Positions 24,893-38,718 of a stretch of 64,000 nt of DNA are shown piece after piece. The position numbers and the translations under genes were made by a program. The stretch is from Felis catus (Eukaryota). Each line of letters opens with the position of its first letter. The first letter of the stretch is position 1. The DNA lies in NCBI RefSeq assembly GCF_018350175.1, contig NC_058373.1, positions 116,810,001 to 116,874,000 on the forward strand, read 5' to 3'. Below the pieces are notes generated by a model. It had not been told where the DNA came from. It did not search any database and was given only the letters and a program-made list of their open reading frames with translations.

Positions 24893-26849
24893 AATGAATG
24901 AGCCGTGTTTGTCTTAATCTTCAGCTCTGCTGCTGAGTCACTCATTGCCACTCTCCTAGCCAGTGGAGCGGGCATCACTTGACAGAGAGGTGCTAGGAAC
25001 GTACCCCCTGAGGGTGTGGGATGGGGATGCTGGGATGAGAGATCAGCGCACCCCCCAACCCCCACCGCAGAACCCCTTCCCTGGGAAGCATGCTCTGTGC
25101 CTTTCACTACAGTTTCCATCCGGAAACCCACAGTCACACCTTCTGGGCAGGTGTGAAATGGCGCCATTCATGCCTTTGGAGGACCGGAAGCCCACTCTCC
25201 CCTTCCCTCCTTTAGAAGCAACTTCAAAGGAACAGTTGAAGCATTAGCACCTTGCTGTAATTTTCAACAAAGTAAGATAATGCTCTTCTGTCATTTTTCT
25301 CTTCTCCTCCACACTTCACACTCCCACTGCTGTTTTCCTAGCAACTAATTACTCTGTTCCTTGACTAGTCACTGTCTCCTTTGTCGGCTGTTACTGCAGC
25401 TCCAGCGTGAGGCGGAACAAACAGGGCTCCCCCAGGCACCCTGTGCCCCGCTGCCCCTCAGCTGCCTGCTTCTCGCGTCCCCAGGATGCTCAGGGGTCAT
25501 AGGCGATCACCCGTGTGTATTCACATGGGAGAGTCCTTAGCTGTGAAAGGCAGGTCTTTTTGTTTTAATGAAAAAGACAATTTAACAGCAAAGTGGAGCT
25601 CCAATAATAAAAGTAAAATAGGGCTCTTTTCCTTCTTCTTAGGATATAGGCAGATCCTCTATGAATTGCTTTCAAACTAAAGGGTTTTTTTAAGAGAAGA
25701 AAGGACAGGGGGAGTAAAGCAAAACTCCTGAGCTCCTACTATGTATTGCTCATTAAAAAAAAAAAAAAAAAAGTCTTCATATCCATTAAAACAATGAGGA
25801 GGAGGTGGTCAGGCAGGACCAGCTAGCAGGATAGCCTGCTGCAGGCAGCTGGGAAAAGAGGTTTGGTGGTTACCTGCAGACTCCACCAGAAAGCTTCCCA
25901 GGGCGTGAGCCATCAGACATGGCCGGGGAGGGGGGGGGGGGCCTGGCCCTCACCCCCAGCCATCCTGACTCGGGAGTGCTGGAGCCAGGACCCGAACCTG
26001 ACCAGCATTAATCTGTTGGTGTCTGTGACCTCTGAATCCTCAGCGGTCATCATCTTGGCAGGATGAAAAACACCCCATTAACAGTTTCACCCAAATTTAA
26101 TCGTGATGTTCCGAGTGGTGTTGCGGGGGAGTGGTGGACCTTTATTCTGTTGAAGCCTGCTAGCCTACAGCTTTTGAAGAAAGCAATCAAGGACCATTCA
26201 GGAGGAAGAGCTAAAAACAAACAAGTTACATAAAAGGACCAAATTACCTTTTAAATAGAATGGATCACAAAGTTTTGTCTCAATTTTAAAACACAAGTGT
26301 TTCAAAATGCATAAGCTTACTGCTTTGGAGCCAGAAAGGCTGTGAGAGTTCGTCTGGTTCAGATCTCCCATTTTTCAGGCAAAGAGCTTGGGTGCAAAGA
26401 GGTTAAGTATTTTTCCCAAACAAAAATCACAAGGCTTATTAGGGACCTAGCTGTCCTCAAGACATCTGACTGCTGATTCAAGAGTCCAGTGTTGTGATGC
26501 ACTGTTGGGTGTGCTGTACGATGGTTTTTCCACCTGTGTTTTTAGTGTTGGAAAAGGCCAGAGTGATGGGTAATCAGAAACTAAGGGAGAAAGAAAGAAT
26601 AAAGAGGCTGAAAAAGTAGGGAGAAGGAGTGGCTTTTCAACCACCAGGGTTTCAGCGTCTCGCCATGTGTCTCTTAGCCCCGAAATACTGACATTGCACT
26701 TCCTGTGGCCCATAGCTCTTGAAAGGTTTGTCACAGACTGTGCCCTGAGTGAAATGCAGTAGTCACTTGAAGTGAAGAAGTTTGGGGCCTGGGAGTAGAT
26801 GTAGCCTTCAGTTAGTGATTAAAATAAGGCTGACCCCCGTGCGGGTTAA

Positions 26850-26985
26850 TCCTTGAGTTCAAATCCTGGCTCTGCCACTTCCTGGCTGTGTAGCCTTGGG
26901 CAGATGACTCTCTCCAGGCCTCTGTTTTGTCAGCTCCTAAACAGGGACAGTGGTGGTACCTACTGTTGTAGTGCAGCCAGATGAG
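26850..26985 (+). mobile_element. MIR fragment
   Basis: gagttcaaatcctggctctgccacttcctggctgtgtagccttgggcaga. Confidence 0.75.
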
Positions 26986-28227
26986 TCCCTGGCCCCTGAT
27001 CAGTGTTAGTTACTGCTCAACACCAACCTTTACCTGAATGACATAATAAAAATCCCCTGGTGAATTTTTACGTGGGTCACGAAAAGCTGGCCTTTATCTT
27101 TGGTCTTCAGTGTACTGCCCGCTTCTTGATTCTGTGTATCATTCTTATATTTGCAGAGATAAGTAAGTGATGGGAAGCTAGCGGGTGGTCTGATCACCTT
27201 GGAAGGTGATTAGACATGGTGAGTTGGTCGAGGTTTAGCACTGTGAATCCGTCGTCTTTCGTTTCTGCGAATGAGTCTTCTCTCCCTCCTTAGGCTTTAT
27301 CCTACTGCATTCTGTTATCGACTGTGCAGAAGGTTTCTAGCTATATGTTAGTAGGAGTGGTAGAAACCAAGTAGACTACAGAGAAGATAAAATCTTTGGA
27401 GTCTTCTCACTGGTTTTAGTGTTAAATGTCATGTAGCTTAAGAGACCATTTCAAAGAGTTTTTGAACTAGAAGGAAGTTAGCGATGACCAGTTCCAAACC
27501 TTTTGTTTCCCAAAGAAGCTGAGGCCCAAAAGATGAAAGCAACTTGTCCATTTCATAGTACATTATTATCGTTTCTATTATCCCTATCTATCATTATCAG
27601 CCATGATGCAATATGGACTTGAGAAGCAGCCTGTACCTGTAAAGGTACATAGGAAGTGCCATGAAATTTAAAAACTCAGCAAGAGAATCTCTTAGCGGGT
27701 AGGGTATAGAGAAGGGAAAACATGGCCTACAGGAAAATTTTGGAAACGCTAGTGCCCAGGACACACGGTGGTAATGTTCTGTGCATGTGCTGGTGGTTGG
27801 CACCAACAGAAGGGTATTTTATATATATAGTAGAGTGATATGATCCATGGAGTTTTCAAGTTAAACAGACCACTGCTGGGGTGAAGCAAAAGCTAGTCCT
27901 GATTTTGAGGTGGAGGGAAATTTTCCCATGGGTTATTGCCTATTTTTATTAATATCCCTTTTGCAAGTTGCAGGATTCTTGCATTATATTTATAGACCGG
28001 AGCACGAGATATAATATGCCATATTTAGTCAGAAATGGAAGATTTCAAACCATACTACAGTAATACCTCTATTAAGAATCAGAAAAGTATTGCAGCTTTT
28101 TTGTCAGATCAGAATCAAAGCTAGAAATTATGTCAAAGCCTGAGGTGACATTCCCTCCTATCAGAGAAAAGGTTTATTACATAAGAAGTCATTAACTGCT
28201 AAAAGTCATGTCAAATGTGCCGTAAAG

Positions 28228-28442
28228 CAGTGTTTTGCGAACTGCGGGTTGTAACTCTTAAGTAGATCACGAAATCCATTTGGGAGGCTGCGTTCAGTGT
28301 GTTTCTTTAATGAAGTGGATTAACACAGAATACAGCAGAATGGAAGGGTGTGTGTGTGGTGGTGGGGGGGGGGTCGTGCTGCATCACAGCGTAAAATGCA
28401 TTTGTTACTGGGCTCATGGTCCAAAAAGTTTGAAAGCCACTG
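28228..28442. mobile_element. MER103-like hAT MITE
   Basis: Imperfect terminal inverted repeats cagtgttttgcgaact / agtttgaaagccactg. Confidence 0.7.
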
Positions 28443-28627
28443 TCAAAGCTTCTAAGGGGTCCAGCGGAACCTTGGGTGGAGGGTCAGATTAAGGTTGACT
28501 TAAGAGTTTTGGGGAGTCGGGAGGACTGGTAAGAGAACTGTAAGAAAAGCTGCTGATTGGAGATGCGGACTGAGACTGAGCAGGCAGGGAGCCCAGCAGA
28601 TGCACGCACCTCAGAAGCAGCCCTTCC

Positions 28628-28799
28628 TGGGCGCTTGGGTGGCTGAGTCGGTTAAACATCCGACTTCATCTCAGGTCGTGATGTCACAGTTCATGGGTTT
28701 GAATCCCACATTGGGCTCTGTGCTGACAGCTTGGAGCCTGGAGCCTGCTTCTAATTCTGTGTCTCCCTCTCTCTCTGCCCCTCCCCTGCTTATGCTCTG

Positions 28800-28831
<32 letters not shown>

Positions 28832-28860
28832 GAAAATAAACATTAAAAAAAAAAAAAAAA
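28628..28860 (+). mobile_element. Can-SINE (SINEC_Fc-like)
   Basis: Full body with (CT)n and long poly-A; gcagcccttc on both flanks. Confidence 0.95.
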
Positions 28861-29064
28861 GGAAGAGGCAGCCCTTCTCAAAAGTTGTGTCTCTCGTGGG
28901 GACGTGGGAGAAGGGAGCATTGTGGGGTACATGTTAGAAACCCAGAAATTATGCCTGAGACATGCAGACAAGGTCCTAAGAGAGCAGCACCTTCCACTGG
29001 CTTATGCACCCACCATACAACCCCATTTCCCAAGTCAAGACCTAACCTTCAGACCCGTGTGATG

Positions 29065-29340
29065 CAGTCAGGAGCCACGCATCTCCTGTGGCCAAGGGAC
29101 CCTTGTAACGTGGCTAGTCCAAAGTGAGAAGTGCTGAACATGTAAAATACACACTAGATTTAGATGGATGTACGTGTCATTGTTAATTTCTTAATATTTG
29201 TTGATTACATGTTCAAATGATAGCATCTTAGATACATTGGATTAAATAAAAATACAGTATTAAACTCATTTCACCTGTTCCCTTTTACTTTTCTCACGTG
29301 GCTACCGGCTCGCATTATGTCTCTAGTGGGCAGAACTGCT
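29065..29340 (-). mobile_element. MER33-like hAT MITE
   Basis: gtggctagtccaaa..tgtaaaatacacactagattt..atttcacctgtt..gtggctac. Confidence 0.7.
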
Positions 29341-30288
29341 CGGACTCTCCTCTTTCTCTAAAATGTTTCGTAATCACTCTTAACCCTTCCTTTCCCAGGC
29401 TCCCCACTTGCTTCTCAATCTCTGAAATTCCTTTAAGCAGAAAAGTCATTTTTTTCACTTAGTAGTGAAATTCAAATGCGCAGTTTGAGTTAATGCTTCA
29501 GTGGGCATAGGTTTTTTTCAGTTAATTTGTCTGTCAATCAAATTAATAATGGACTGAACCTTCCTTGGCTGTTTGGGTAAAAGAAATGGAAAGTGGGTTC
29601 CACATTTCCTAAGGTTTGGGGGTTGGGATGGTAGCACAAAAAAGGGGCTAAAGCAGTAGAAGACGTTTTTGCCTGACATTAATTTCACTCGGGCTGCTAT
29701 CTGGGGACAGTGCTGCTATGGGACGTTTCTGGCTTTTGGGTTGCTGGGCAGGGAGTCCGATTTCAGATTATGCTTTGTTCCCTGGTGATTTTTTCCCCCT
29801 CCTTCTGAGCTAAACTTGGCTCTCAATTTGGGTTTCAAAATGTAACCCCACTTACTAGGATCCCAACAAATCCAATACCTTTTTGGGTCCCCAGTTCAGG
29901 ACACTCGATAAAGGGTGCACAAAGCTGCTTGTTTCCTCTGAGGCCCAGTCATGCCCGCCTGGCTGCATTTCCTGCTCAGGCCGTGGTCCTGACTCTGCCC
30001 TTAACCTGCCCCCTCCACTCACCCCGGTGCCTGTGGGTCTCGCTGTTTTTTTAAGACTCCCTCTCTCAGACTCAATAGTTGAGATGCAGCAGAGGAAAAT
30101 ACACTCGTGTGGTACTTCCTGGGGTTCTGGTTTTTGAAAGGACGGTAATTATAGGGCCCGATGATTAAAAGACAGTTTGAAACAAAGAATGAAGTGTTTG
30201 ATCCCTTTTAACTGTTAATGAGAATCAGTGTGGTTCCACCCACAAAAAGAAGCAATATTAATTTTTCTTCTTTCTGTGTCCCTAATAG

Positions 30289-30558
30289 GAGTTGCTCTGA
30301 AACGTACCGCATGCCAGTGATGGAATACAAAATGAACGAAGGGGTTTCATACGAATTCAAGTTTCCCTTCCGAAATAATAACAAATGGCAGAGGAATGCC
30401 AACAAGGGGCCTCACTCAGCTCAAGTCCCCTCCCAGGTGCAGAGCCCCATGACCTCGAGGCTGAATGCTGGCAAAGGAGACGGGAAGATGGCTCCTCCAG
30501 AAAGAGCCGCCAACATCCCTCGAAGCATCTCCAGTGACGGGCGCCCCCTGGAGAGGCG
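30289..30558 (+). CDS. SIPA1L1: SIPA1L1 exon E (270 nt): [18 protein letters not shown]...[11 protein letters not shown]
   Basis: Pyrimidine tract then aatag| acceptor, cg|gtgagt donor; symmetric phase 2-2; continues the frame. Confidence 0.95.
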
Positions 30559-31002
30559 GTGAGTGCACCTTCAAAGGTTTGCTCCGAGTCTGCCCCAGAC
30601 TTAAGGAGCACCAGACCCACAGACACTAGCTTTAGGTGTTTCCATGGTTTACTAGAAATCAGGAATTGAAACAGATGCATGCCCCGGTGGCTTTCAAAGC
30701 ATGGGAGCATTCCAAAGCCGTGAGAGTGAAAGGGGATACGTTCCAGCAGAGCATTCAGCTCTGAGTCATGGTATTTGTGCTTTGCCCTTTCATCTCCATG
30801 TGATAGCAACAGAAACCATCACTGCACGCTTAATGGCTATGATGGGCTAGAACTTGGCAGACACGTTGAGGTGACATTGACCATATTGTCATCTTTGATA
30901 GTCTTTGTCTCTTGGGGAGAAGTGATAGGATAGTAGCAAAAGAATGCAGATGTTTGGTTGGGTGTCTGTGTCACTTTGTTAACGAAGATTGTAAAAATTT
31001 TA

Positions 31003-31172
31003 GTAGTACTTGGGTGACTCAGTCGGTTAAGCGCCTGACTTTTGATATTGGCTCCAGTCATGATCTCATGGTTTGTGATACCAAACCCCCACAGGGTTCC
31101 GTGCTGACAGCGTAGAGCCTGCTTGAGATTCTCTCTCTCCCTCTCTCAAAATAAATAAACATTAAAAAAAAA
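31003..31172 (+). mobile_element. Can-SINE (shortened)
   Basis: tgggtgactcagtcggttaagcg head, poly-A tail; aagattgtaaa on both flanks. Confidence 0.92.
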
Positions 31173-31566
31173 AAGATTGTAAACATTCTAAATAATAGCA
31201 CTGTGCATTACCTATGCTAATGAAGGAGACCGTTTTAATTCAGTAAGCTGTTAGTCGCCCGCTAGAAGAAGCCAACTTTTTTCTGTTCCCTGCCCTCTCC
31301 TCAACACTTCTGCTTGTCTTGATCATATCTCCGAATATTTTTGTGACCCCCACACTGGAGAGGGATCAGAAATCCCCAGAGTTGGGGAGAACTGTCTGTT
31401 CTAGGAGCTGTGTGGGGCAGAAGGAAGGTGGGAGCCAAAACGTGAGTCTGGCTCAGCTAAGCAGTGGAAACAGGTCCAGCAGGTACAGAGTGCCAAGGAA
31501 AATGGGCCCCAGCTATGCTTTCGTAGTCATAGATTGTTTCACGTTGGGAGCAGAAAACCTGGAGGG

Positions 31567-31802
31567 TTTTTGTGTTTGCTTGTTTTTGAAAATTTTTTTA
31601 ATGTTTATTTATTTTTGAGAGAGTCAGAGATTGAGCATGAGCAGGGGAGGGACAGAGAGACAGGGAGACACAGAATCCGAAGCGGGCTCCAGGCTCCGAG
31701 CTGTCAGCACAGAGCCTGATACAGGGTTCGAACCTGCAAACTGTGAGATCACGACCTGAGACGAAGTCAGACGCTTAACCAACTGAGCCACCCAGGCGCC
31801 CC
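31567..31802 (-). mobile_element. Can-SINE (SINEC_Fc-like)
   Basis: Full reverse-complement body ending ccacccaggcgcccc; flanks agaaaacctggagg / agaaagctggagg. Confidence 0.95.
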
Positions 31803-34004
31803 AGAAAGCTGGAGGTCGTTTATCTTAAGTCTAACTTTTGATCTATTGCATAAAACATTGTCACTTAACTAGTTCAGAAATACTAGGATACCATGTAAAA
31901 CTAATTCAGTAAAAACCACCACTACCACCGCCACCAACAAAACTAGCTGTCTTTTCTAAAATTGCTCACTTAATCTTGGAGAGTGATTTGTAGAGCTTTA
32001 CTCTTTATCTCAATAAATGATTGAGCATGTGGACTCTTACTTTCATTTTTGAGGAGTAAAAACATCCAAGAGATCTCTGAATAAACTCTTTGTTCTACAC
32101 ATTCCAAACTTGGCTCTCCCCAAGGTGTGTGTGAACTAGAATGCATGGTTTGGCCCACGTTTTGAAAGATGAGCCTTAGGAAATCATTGTTTAGAGAAGG
32201 GCCCTTTCTTCCCCTCTTAATGCTATTTTCTTTCTCTTTCAGGACAATCATCAGACTTTTACAAGTTAAATTGTTTTGTGTTAATTTTTTTATACAGTAT
32301 TCCATATAAGAAAAGAACAGGATGTATTTTGATTCCATGTTGAATTTAATTTCTGCAACAAAAACTAAAGCTTGTTGCTGAACATCCTGACCTCAAAAGT
32401 GGAAATATTTTTTGTAGCTAATTATCATCTTATGATGCAGGCAGATTTTAGTGCTAGAGAATCCGTCAACTGCGTTATTCCCCAGATGGAGCTCTTCTCA
32501 GTTCGAGAGGTTATTTCTGCAGGTCCCTGTGTCTGCCGTTCATCTTAACCAGCACCCAGTCCCCAGGGGAAGGGGAGTCTGAGTGCTCTCCCCGTAAAAC
32601 CATTGGAGTGGCCCTGGCACCCTCCAGGCTTCACAGATGAAAGTGGCAGGAGCAAAGGCCACCAGTGGTTTTCGGGGAGATGTAACCTCTCAAGCTTCTG
32701 AGTGTCGGGTATTCTTGAGGACACAGGACTGATATTTCAGATCTTACGATGGAGAGCTTAGGTGACCTGTAAAATCTCAGCTCTACAAATGCAGGATATT
32801 CAGGTCACTTGGCTCATCTTCATTTTGAAATATGTGGTGGTTGGGTATTCTTCCTTTGTGAAAACTTACAGAGTTGGGTTTCCTATCCCATCATTGCTCA
32901 TTTTTAGTAATGCAGTATTTCTTTTTTTAAGTTTCCACTTGGAGTCACAGAGAAGATCCTATTTGAGGAACTTTGTTTTGCTATTGTTTCAGAGATACTT
33001 AGATATAGAATAGACTCATGACATTCATCAGGGATACTTCCTGAGTCCTCCATGAATCCCCAGATTCATAAATTTACCTGGGAGTATCATTTTCTCCATG
33101 AAGTGTAGTAAAACATAACTGAAAAGCCTCCCCTTCATGGTGTTACTGAGAACAGAGCACCTTACTGAGATTGGGAAGTGAGGCCCTTGGCTGCTGGGCT
33201 CTCCTCGTGCACTCGACCTTCCCCCTCATACCAGTCCTGCCCTGTGGGACATTCACATTTGTACCTGGGCAATCTGTAGGAGAAAGGGACTCCTTTCAGA
33301 TGTATCACAAATGGTCAAATTAAATGCCAGGGTCCACCATATCTTGAATCTTGCCTTACCGATAACAGCATGAGCTGAATACTGAGACCAAAGTGTTGCC
33401 TTTACATAATTTTCCTTCCATTTATTTTCCTTCCCCAGGTTAGGTTGTATTTAACTGTAGAGAAACCAGCTGTATTAAGCTGAAGCCAGCAGCTCTCCCA
33501 AGTCTGCCCTGCCCACGTCTGCTATACAAATCTGCCCGCTCCGTTCACCGCGGCTGGTTCCAGCATGGTTCATTTCAGATGAAAACACAAATTGACTGCT
33601 TGTAGAAGTATAGTTTTTCTTGTATTTTTATGCAAGATCCCGGACTTAAAGGTCATTGGGAAGATTTCATTTTTTTTTTTGTAAATACTTGTGGAACAGA
33701 TTTTCCTTTTTCCTTTAATACCAAGGGCATGATTTTTATACCATACCAAAATGTGTTGGTGTTTGAGGTTTCTAACAAGAATTATTTCACTCAATTGTGT
33801 TCTCTATACATTGTTGAGAGAAACCAATGCAGTAAAAACAGATGACTCGTTTGCCATCTAAATAGACTAAAGTCTAATTCTCTTTGGCTTAAATATATGA
33901 GCTTTATGCTCTCCAGATGGCCTTTTGAAATAGAATCTGATAGTATTTGTGTGAATAGTATTTCTTAACAGGAACAATATTTATTCAACAAAAATAGGTA
34001 AGAT

Positions 34005-34235
34005 GGGGGCACCTGGGTGGCACAGTCACTTGAGCGTCTGACTCTTAGTTTTGGCTCAGGTCATGATCTCATGGTTTGTGAGTTCAAGTTCTGTATCAGG
34101 CTCTGCACTGATAGTGCAGAGCCTGCTTGGGATTCTCTCATTCCCTCTTCCTCTTCCCAGCTTGCACACGTGTGTGCGCTCTCTCTCTCTCGCTCTCTCT
34201 ATTTCTCTCTTTCAAAATAAATACATTAAAAAAAA
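34005..34235 (+). mobile_element. Can-SINE
   Basis: ggggcacctgggtggcacagtc head, (CT)n, A tail. Confidence 0.93.
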
Positions 34236-37200
34236 GTAAGTAATATGATGGAATCACTGTTTTGGCCTCAAATTTACCTGGAGTGCAAGGGTAGAATTAA
34301 AACCAAAATTTCTGCTGTAGCACATTGAACTGGAGACTTTACTGTGTTTAAACATAATGTGGGATCGGTAATAAAGCCCCAAACTGTGTTTATATGCGCT
34401 GAAAATCTTATCTATTTCAGGGGCTTTGCCTAAACAACAGGCATCTTAGCATAAAGAATTTTCCTTTGTCTTTGTGTTTTTAGAGGAAGCATCGCCAGCC
34501 TTTATGCAAATATTTGGTGTTGGATCTGAGCCACTTGGGCACTTTTAAGTGTTACCTGGATGCCACCGTTCCCTGCTTCCCCGTTGCTCTCAGCTCTAAG
34601 CAGCTGGATGGAGAGCCATTTCTGCGCTCAGAGAGGTTCCGAACCAGCACCTCACAGGAAGCCCAAGTCCTGTGCCCCATCAGTCTGCGTTTTGAAGGAA
34701 GTGCTCTCTAAATGCAGTTCCCATGCCAATCTTCACTGTCATTTTCTGCTTTGAGACAGAGCACGTACCCATGTAATCCCTCCTCTTCCTCTAGTAAGGC
34801 AGTCAGCTGTGGTTAGAAGTTTCTAATGTGAACTTGCACACCACAGGTGCTGTCCACCTGAATCATAGTTGTTTGGTTTGACTTGAGGACCCTTAAATCC
34901 TAGAACTTTTTAGCTTCTCTGAGGTCACTCAGGCTATAGCCCCTGCCCTCCCTGTTTCTTGAGCTAAAGCCCCTAGTTTATCTGACACCATCCTCTGCTC
35001 TGTCCTTCAGACTCCTTTTCCCCATCTTCCAAAACCTTAACTCCTGGTTTTTGGGTTTTTTTTTGGCAGCTCTTTGCACCTGTCTCATCGCCCCCCCCCC
35101 CCCCCAATTGTGTGTCCTCCACGGCTCCTTCCTCATTTTTCTTTTAATCCCATGCTGTGCAGTGTCTCAGAGTAGCTTGTTTGTCTGAGCAACGTCAGCC
35201 ATCCTGCACGTGGGCAGTTCCTTAATGGTGTCTGTTGATCTCCTTTGTACTTGTCACATTCATTTGCCTGACTACCTACTGAACGTCTGCCCTTGGATGT
35301 CACATTAGTGGCTCATATTTACAAGCACAATTGGGCTCCCACTCGCCCATCACCTCCTCTTTCTGGTGTGTCCCCCACCTCAGTGAACGGCCGTACCAGG
35401 TACCCGAGTACACAGGGCAGAACTAGCATTTGCGATGTAGCTGGTCCTGCAAGCAATCCGTTTTTATTTTCTGTTCTTTAGTGCCACTCTTAGATATAAA
35501 ACTGGCTCTTCTCAAGAGGCATCCATGATGTGTGCCGGGCTGTGAACTTCTAACATCTTGCCAGCAGCTGTGACGTGATGAGCCGTTTATCTCAGTGTGA
35601 TGAATTGCCGTATTTTCCTAACCGGGCAGGGGAGTTATTCCTCGTTGTAAATTGACCTTGTCACTGGAGGTTCATCGGAACAGGATCTCCAGGATCCAAT
35701 CCTAACAGCTGACATGAAGTGTTTGGTCAGAAAGCCAGGGGTAGCTCTGGTTCACAGAGAACACAGTAGGAAGAGATAAAAAGACAGAGGTACATACAGT
35801 GACTTGAATTTGAATATAGTTTGTTCAAACTCTAGCCTGGATAAAGCACCCAAATTACATTACCTTGAGTCATTTAGAGAAAAAAAAAACATTTTTTTTT
35901 TTTTTGACATAATTTTGGAAGAATCCTGGTTGATACAGATTGCTGAAGACAGGTTTCAACTTGGTCCTGTTCCCTGGGTGAACAGCATTTTAACTGCTAA
36001 GTTGTGGTAAAATGCTGTGCTTAATTACGGACTCAAGTATCTAATTTGTCAGTCATTGCTGCTATTTGAAACCCTCTCTCTTGTTTTTACCATCATTCCA
36101 CTGTTTGCACTTGGCTTACAGAGAGCCTTGTCTCCTTGGACACATTAGGAGTGCTGTCACTTAGGGGTACAAAGCAGGACATAATTCAACCTATACAGAA
36201 CTACTCAGGAAAAAGTTTTGTCATCAGCTGTTTGGATACTGAATGCTTAATCCATAACTTGATAAATTATAATCGGTCACAATCTGAAGAGATCAATTGA
36301 ATGAGAATCTGTTAATGTTAACACTGTGCGTGTGGCCCTGTGAGTTGATTTATGGGAAGGATGTGGTGGGGTGCAAAAGTTATTTTATTGGAAATCCGGA
36401 TCTTGAGGGTGAATCTCTTCTCCCTTTTGTCTTGGTGTGAGAATGCTTCTGGAAAAATGAAGAACTGACTCTGATCTTGGACCATCTCTTCCTAAATGTC
36501 CATTCCATTCAACTCCTTGTTTTCATCGCAGTGAAATGCATTGCATGTAAATGAAAAGCTGGTGTTCCGTGGAGTCCTGCAGACTATGGAGGCATTGTCT
36601 GTCAGGCTGGTGATCGTGACTTTTTCAATTGCTGCATTTTTGTCATACAATCAAAAAGCCCTGGTGTTTTGTTTCTGCAGAGGGAAGTGAGAGGGAGCTC
36701 CAGAGGACACTTAATATCAGTTACTTTAAAAACATTTAGTTATTTCTTAGCTAAAATTGACAAAAATGTAGGGAAAAGAATCTACCGAAATTAACACTAA
36801 AAGGTTTAGACATTTCCTTTCTCACAGTGACCAGAACATTCTTGAAAATTCTTACATTCCACAGAATTGAAAAAAAAAATCTCACAGCAGTTGAAAGATG
36901 CGTTCCTGTTCGTCCTCTAAACCTATTTGGGCATTAACATCCAGATGCTGGGGTTGGGGAGGGGTGTGGCATGGGCGGGGGTGCTCTTTAAGACTAGGAG
37001 GAAGTAGAAAGATCTCAGCTTATCTCAAAAGAGAGGAAAAGCCTTGTGATCTTGCTTAACTAAGTCTTCACTGGCCCCAACCCTTAAAATAAAGTGGGTG
37101 GTGAGGGGGTGGAGATTCAAGAAGTCAGCCTGCTAGCTTCCTCTGTGAGCCAGTTTGGGGGGGTACCCCTTTTCAAAGCACAGGACGGCACACAGCCCAC

Positions 37201-38718
37201 CTTGAGTAACGACCAGCCGCAGGCGCTCCCTGGCAGAAGGGCACTGCCCGTGCCAGGCAGGCGGGACCTCTTACTCCCCAAGTGAGGTCTGTTCTCAAAT
37301 AGTATTTGTGTGGTAGTATCAGTTGCAGAGTATTTGAAAAGAATAGTAAGAGATCAGTATAAGAGCTAATTCTGAAAATTGTTTTGCCCGCCATACGTAC
37401 ATCTAGAGTCGTAAAAACATTTGGATGGCTTGCCGTCAGTTTCTGGTTGTGTGTGCTGTGTGTGTGAACAGACAGAAAACAAAGCCACTATTGAGTTACA
37501 TAAATGCAAAGAAGGATGGGAGTGAATGCTGGCCTCCTGGAAATGCTGTTTTTTCACTTTGGGGTAACTCCAGTAACCAAGTAGAATTTTCTGAGACGTT
37601 TGCCAAATAAAGGAGCTAAGGTTGAGAACTAGCCTGAGATTATTTTAAAGTAATGTTCGTTTTAGAGAGCAGAGTCAGAAAAACAGGCTCTAAATGCAAT
37701 TGTAAGCTACATCTTGACTTCTCCTGTGGAATCAGTGGTTACTTCCTCACAGAAACAGAAACATTTTAACATTCACCATGCAGTCAGTTCAGTGGCATTA
37801 CTTGTTTACCCCGAAGAGAGAGTTCGCATCGGCCCCCAGATGTTAACACTGGCCCTGACCACGTGTATGTTAACGTTAGCATGCACATGGTACTTGGTTT
37901 TCATCTTTCTGTAACACCTCCTCCCCCTCACGGTGGGAAAATCAAAGCACCTGCAAGTGAAACTGTAGTTGAAGTTTCTCCGTAGTCCGAGCCTATAGAA
38001 GCCAAACTGTTAAGATAGAGAGAGGAGTGTGGTGTCTTGTTACATTTGGATCCACGCTGCTCCTTAATCCGTACCTCTTCCGATTGTTTCAGAATAAACA
38101 GGGAGAAATTTGGGAGATGTCTTCATGGAAGAGAAATGAGATGTGGATTTTATGGTACCTAAGGAAGGGTCTTGATCTCTCTTTTATCAAAACACATTAC
38201 CGAGAAGTAGGGATGAGCTGGTGTCCCAAGACCCCACTGGTCCCTGACCCCGCCGTGGCTGCCCCACACACATAGCCCTCTCCTGAGCCTGTATCCTCAT
38301 GAGAGCACCGCTGTGTGGCTGGTATTTCTCTGAGTCTGTGTGGCGATAACAGGAGGAGCATGGGAGCTCTGCCTCTTTTCCTAGCTTCTCATCCCGTTCC
38401 TCCAAGGGCCTTACCTGAGCATTCTCGGTGTCCTTTTGTGCACCATTTGGTACTACCTAGAGGAGCCATTACCAGCGAGTTCTCTTGCCATTACCTGTCA
38501 GACTGATGATATGCTCAGGGGTATCTGGTTATAATTCCAGCATCCCTTTTTCTCACATTGAAGGAGAGTATTAATTTTGAATCTGTTTCCATTGCTCTTA
38601 GTATAGTATCCACTAATTTTGGCACTTTATTATTAGCAGCCAACTGTTTTTCAACTGATACAGACCCACCATTAGTGGAACCCCTGGCGTAGGCAGCTGA
38701 CGTCACTATTGGCCCTTC

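Noticed and set aside
30357..30809. 150-aa minus-strand ORF overlapping exon E (similar cases at exons C, D and J)
   Set aside because: Antisense shadows of GC-rich coding exons, with no independent evidence.
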